From Trichosphaerium sp. ATCC 40318 (Eukaryota > Protista > Tubulinea), in assembly GCA_038496445.1 (NCBI GenBank), contig JALMLS010000562.1, forward strand, positions 62,001 through 126,000: a DNA stretch of 64,000 nucleotides. The letters are read 5' to 3'. Made by a program: the position numbers and the translations under genes. Below are positions 59,299-64,000 of the stretch, piece by piece. The notes under the pieces were generated by a model. It was given only the letters and a program-made list of their open reading frames with translations. It was not told the DNA's origin and ran no database searches. Every line of letters starts with the position of its first letter. Within the stretch, counting starts at the first letter, position 1.

Positions 59299-62200
59299 TT
59301 AAAACTCATCATCTTGGCCGGCTTTTTGTGTTCCAGCAACGGCAGCGCCTAGGAAGCCACCAGCTTGTTGGAACAAGTTGATTGGGTTGTCACCGGATGT
59401 GATCATGTAACCTTGTAAGCCCAAGGATTGCAAGAGTTTTACTTGCATTTCTGGTCCGGCTTGAGCGATGGCTTTGATGGTATCAGCACCAATGGCATCG
59501 ACAACGCTGGAGAATTTGCTGGATTCAATCTCAGCCAATTCGCGAGCACGCTCTACTTCCAAGTTGTTCAAAGCAGATTGATGAGCAACCTCTGCTGTGC
59601 GGCGGGAAGTTTGTTGTTTGAGCTCGGAGGCGGCACGGATCTTGTTGGCCTCGGATTGAAGTTCAGCTTGTTTGACAGCGGCCTCACCTTCAATTTGAGA
59701 TGCGGCGGCACGGGCGCGAGCCTCGGCTGTGGCTTGACCAGAGGCTTCAACGACGGCACTCTTGGATTGGAGCTCGAGCAAAGATGTACGAGCTTTTTCG
59801 GCCTCAGCTTCATCGGAAATCTTTTGACGTTCGAGGCGACCACGGGCTTCTTGTTCACGGCGCTCTGCTTCGTGTCTGGCAGCGGCTTCTTGGGACTTGG
59901 TTGTGATCTCGATGGCCAATTGGACGGATTTTTGAAGAGCGTCACGGGTTCTTTGATCGACAGGCTCGACGGATTGGATATCGATGTTGGTGATAACCAA
60001 GTTGTTTGAAGAGAAAGCGAAGACATTGCGGACCTTGCCTGTTTCTTCGTCTCTACCGAAGACGGATTCGCGAATGATAGTGGCGGATCCTTTGTGGAAC
60101 TCATCGAAAGAGTGAGCGGCTACAGCACCACGGACACGTGAAGCGATAGCTTTGCAGGCATCACCAACGAAATCTGGAACTTGGAAGATTTTCTCGGTGT
60201 CTTCTGGGTTGCTTTGGTCTACCTCGAAATGCCAGTTGTATGATAGTTTCAAGGACAAACGGGCGTGATCACCAGTTTCTACTACTACGACATCGGTCAT
60301 AAAGTCAGGACCAAGGAGAAGGGCGAGAGATTTGATGACGTGTGCTCTCTTTGGTACTTCACCAGAAAGGGAGAGCACGGTGAATTGCTCATCAGGACCG
60401 AGCAATACGAGTTCTGGGCCAAAGACAACGCGGGCCTTCTTGGATTTGTAATCGTAGATTTGGACGGCAGAGTTGTGTGGAGTTCTGAAGCTGACAACTC
60501 GTGTTCTGTCGCGAGTTGATGAAGATACTTTGCTGTGTTGTTGTTTGCGGTCACGTGAGGTTTCGTCACGGGCCAAGAGTTTCTCAACAACTTCAGGCAA
60601 GAATTTCTCCCACAATTGCTCGTTAGGCTTCAACATGTAAGCTTCACCTACGACAGCACGAACTTGACCGGTTGTGATGTCACGAACGTAGATACCTGTG
60701 AGGAAAAAAAGTAAGGATAAAGTCGAAAAGAACAAAAAAGAAAACGCGAGCAAAAAAAAAAAGCAACTCTTCGTACCTTCGTTCTCATCTAATGGGATGG
60801 CTTTGCGTTTCTCAACAATTTCTACGGACACTGGTGGAACGTAGTCGCAAGGACCGTAGATCATCCATCTGTCACCAGGTTTTCTTTCGGTTTCGCCTTC
60901 AGTGACGGATTCGCGAGAGCGGAGCAACAAAGCTTCTTCGGAATCGAGAACATGGACGTTTTGGATGCCAGATTCGAGTCTCTCACCAGGACGCAAGAAG
61001 AAAGAGAGTTCTCCGCGGCGGAGGAGACGACGTCCCATTTGTGGTTTGCCGTTGGCGCCAATTGGGTCGAGGATGACGCAGTATTGACGAGAGTTCAAGG
61101 TTGTGATTTTTACCTCACCAACTACCTTTTCGTTAACGTCAGGTAAGTGGGTCTCAGCGTCATCAATTGTAACGAGCCATTCTTCACCGGCTTTTCTTTC
61201 TTTGCCGAAAACATCTACACGAGGTACAAAGTTAGAAAGGTGATGTGGCAAAAGAAACACTTTCTGTGAAAACAAACAAAAAAACACAAAGAGCTTATGG
61301 CGAAGCAGTTGTGCATGTGTCGTGTTTTAGTAGTTAGAGGACGTACCAACAAATGTGCGGGTTGCTCTCAAGTGAAGAGCTTTCTTCTCTGTTAGAACGT
61401 AAGCGGAGATTGTAGCAACCACTTGTTCTTCTACAGCAGGCAAGAAAGCACCAGAATCACGGACTAACCATTCTTCACCGGCCTTGCGCTTGTTGCCGTT
61501 TCTGTCTGTGAATGTTTTGTTGGAACGCAAACGAAGGGCTTGATTTTCAAGGACGATCTTTGCGCGAACGATTTCTACAACTTGAACCTCTACGCGTGGT
61601 TTGTATGTGCCAGGACCCTCGAACATCCATTCGTCACCAGCGCTGCGTGTAACCTCATCGCAGTCTTGGAAATCTCTGATTGCTCTCAAACGAAGAGCTG
61701 TGTTTGGTGCTACGACCTGGAGTGGAGATACTTTACCGTACAACTTCTCACCTAAGAAAATAGGTTAAACGGTTTATTCCAAGAACGACAAAAAACCGAA
61801 AAACTTTTTCTTTTGGTTCTCAGGCACCACCAAAAAAAAAACAGGGCGCCACGTTATTTGTATGTGCACGAAGTTTGAAGAGCGAAAGTGCAAGGTAAGT
61901 TCAAAAAACTGCATCTGCAAAAAATAGAAACTTAAAGTTGAGAATAACGTACCAGGATACAATGGGAAAGGCTCTTGCTCGAAGCGGATCTCTTCGTCAC
62001 CGTGACGCAACTTTACGGCGTTGCGGTCTAAAACGAGTTCTCCTTCTTCGTCGCGCACAGCAGGATTCTGTACGATGCAATCTAGTGAAGGTGAGCTAAA
62101 AATAAAGGCAAGTCTTTGTGTTGGCACAAAAAATTTGTGATGTGTAACGTCTTTTCTTAAACAAAGGCAAACGACTACGTACAGTGACGAGGAGGAACCA

Positions 62201-62354
62201 TGATCATGCTGGTTGGTCCAGACACTACAACTTCATGATCTTTTCTGGTAAAGGTCTGTGGGCCGACCTCTACGCGGGTAACATTGAGATTGTTGTCCAA
62301 CACATGTACGTAATGGTATGGTTTGATTCTGATTACGGCTGGAGCTCTTGACAT
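59299..62354 (-). CDS. MVP: Major vault protein
   Basis: [32 protein letters not shown] vault repeats, [44 protein letters not shown]. Confidence 0.97.
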
Positions 62355-62621
62355 GTTGTGTTTGTACTTGAGTTTATCCTTACTGATGGTTTTGGGCGCA
62401 ACAAAAATACGGTTTTTCCCCTAAAAACCGAGAATTTTCTATGAACGTTTTTACATAGTGACGTGCATATTCAACGCTAACAAAGCACCAGATACATTTG
62501 CAAGGCTGTGGGCATACTTACACAAAACTTAGACGAAAATTACTGCAATTTTCTTTTTTTGTGGATGAAAACAGAATGAATTTTAAACTTTAATATTCCA
62601 AAACCACTTTCCTATGTTTTT

Positions 62622-63310
62622 CTAGTCCATTTTTACACCAACGCGCTTTTCCCAAGGACAACCGTGCCAAAAGCGAAAAATAGACATGAGAGGGAATACA
62701 ATATAGCCACCATAGGCCGCTAGTATGAGATCCGGGCGCGGTGAGGCGAGTTCGCCATACACGCTTTCAATTATTGCGCCTACAACCACCAAAATCATGC
62801 CGTACGCCCACATTAGCATTGGGACACGTATCCACGCTTGCTCTGAGTTCTGTTAATTGTTTTATGTGGGCTTGGCAAACCGTACTGTAAATAATTGCGT
62901 AGATTGCTGCTAAATAGAAGGGAGTGTACAATGGAGATAGTGTCTAGATTACAAGTTAACATGGCAATGTACATTCTTTTGTGTACCATCAAAAATTTGA
63001 ACAAGACAGTGTTGTTTGTGAGGGCTGGATCAAACTGTGCCCAGAAGTGAAATAACTGACATAGTTCCTAATGAGTAGATGTTTAGTGTGTTTTAGGTTT
63101 GTTGTGTGTACTTGTGGTGGCCACGCCATGTTGGCTGTTGTTTCTTGGGTTATTGTGCCCACAGGCGCTACAAAATAAAGGTGAGCATGCTTTTACGCGT
63201 ATGCGCGCACCGATTACGTTGATGATGTCCATAAACCATGCGATGAACAGAAACAAGACAAGAAACACGACAGAAATAAAATCACCTGGTCTTGAAGCGA
63301 TAGACGGCAT
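62622..63310 (-). CDS. EXPERA/EBP-TM6SF family membrane protein
   Basis: RPGDFISVVFL.., FWAQFDPAL, WIRVPMLMWA, AYGGYIVFPL. Confidence 0.7.
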
Positions 63311-63390
63311 TGTGATGGTTCTAAAAATTATATTGCTTAGTTTGGTGTCGGTCAACGCGTTAAGGTTGTTATACGTACTCTAGTCGCTCA

Positions 63391-64000
63391 ATGTTCGGTC
63401 GTTACGTGACCTGTGTTACGGCTAGAGCTTCAGGTGTTAATAAAAAGGTCATATTAACGCCATCCATTATTATGCCTAACTGTACTACTATAGGTAGCGC
63501 CGCGCGCTCGTGTAGCCATTTACAGCACAAAGTATTTAGTACGCAAATGTTCGAGTGCATCAGCACAAGGAGAGGAAGGCTCCAGCGTACCAGAGGCAAT
63601 TGTCGAGCATACACAGAGTGAAACAGATGAGTTAGTGAAGGAAGCGTTGGATACTGCTATAACAACAGCAATTAATTCAGAGACAATCGTGGAGCAGTCT
63701 CAGAGCGAAAAAGGCGAAGTAGTGGGCGAAACAGCAAAAAACGCTACAACGGAAACAGAAGTAGAAACAACTACGGCTGATAAACCAATAGAAACAGAGA
63801 ATTCGGATGGTGTGAATGACATTCCATACGAGTCCATGCCTGGATGGATTGAGTCTGGCAATGTAGGCAAGGTATTAGAGCTATGGGAGCAAGTTCAAAA
63901 CCAAGATGGCACGTTACATAACCTTCCCTGGTGTTAACTAATTCTTGACTGACACAGAGTCACGCAATCCACTAATGTACAAGAACCTAATAGACCTCAT
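63391..64000 (+). CDS. Hypothetical protein, 5' part, possible mitochondrial presequence
   Basis: MFGRYVTCVTARAS.. splices in frame to the acidic ORF 63635-63937 and runs off the window. Confidence 0.5.

Noticed and set aside
59428-61755. Multiple overlapping ORFs within MVP
   Set aside because: By-product of biased, stop-poor codon usage
34143-63310. Sterol-related cluster (desaturase, SPRING1, EXPERA)
   Set aside because: Spread over about 29 kb among unrelated genes; consistent with chance
1-64000. Alternative genetic code or mass pseudogenisation suggested by fragmented ORFs
   Set aside because: In the genes traced in full (HDAC, RNR, RBM42, DHFR), stops fall inside short GT/GC-AG introns and the standard code gives intact proteins

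Overview
Compact, intron-rich nuclear genome of a eukaryotic microbe. The lineage cannot be fixed from this window; an amorphean or amoeboid protist is only an inference from the stand-alone DHFR and the gene content. About 35 protein genes are packed with very short intergenic gaps and split by many ~35-60 nt introns (donor consensus GTACGT/GTAAGT/GTGCGT, acceptors YAG/AAG). Most ORF-track entries are therefore exon fragments or antisense shadows. I rebuilt the gene models by hand, so internal boundaries are approximate. Recognisable genes: SLC4/BOR transporter, RBM42, tepsin, LENG1, RIO1, a DUF1538 fusion, DHFR, TAF12, sterol desaturase, AN1 zinc finger, class II ribonucleotide reductase, SPRING1, SNRNP25, VPS10, B3GNTL1/QTGAL, HDAC3-like, NDUFA13, major vault protein and an EXPERA protein. 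The two best novelty candidates are putative latent transcription factors. The first is a MYRF-like self-cleaving (Peptidase_S74) multi-pass membrane protein with a non-Ndt80 N-terminal domain. The second is a protein with NF-kB p105-like order (Rel/velvet-like Ig fold, IPT, ankyrin repeats). Other notable items: a U12-type intron that apparently ends AT-AA, recurrent GC-AG introns, a 6-nt micro-exon, a candidate intronic C/D snoRNA in RIO1, strong non-coding CACGTG enrichment, a mitochondrion-targeted B12-dependent RNR, an intron-rich phage-type helicase and a C2-arrestin-kinase fusion. No rRNA, tRNA, CRISPR array or clear mobile element was seen.
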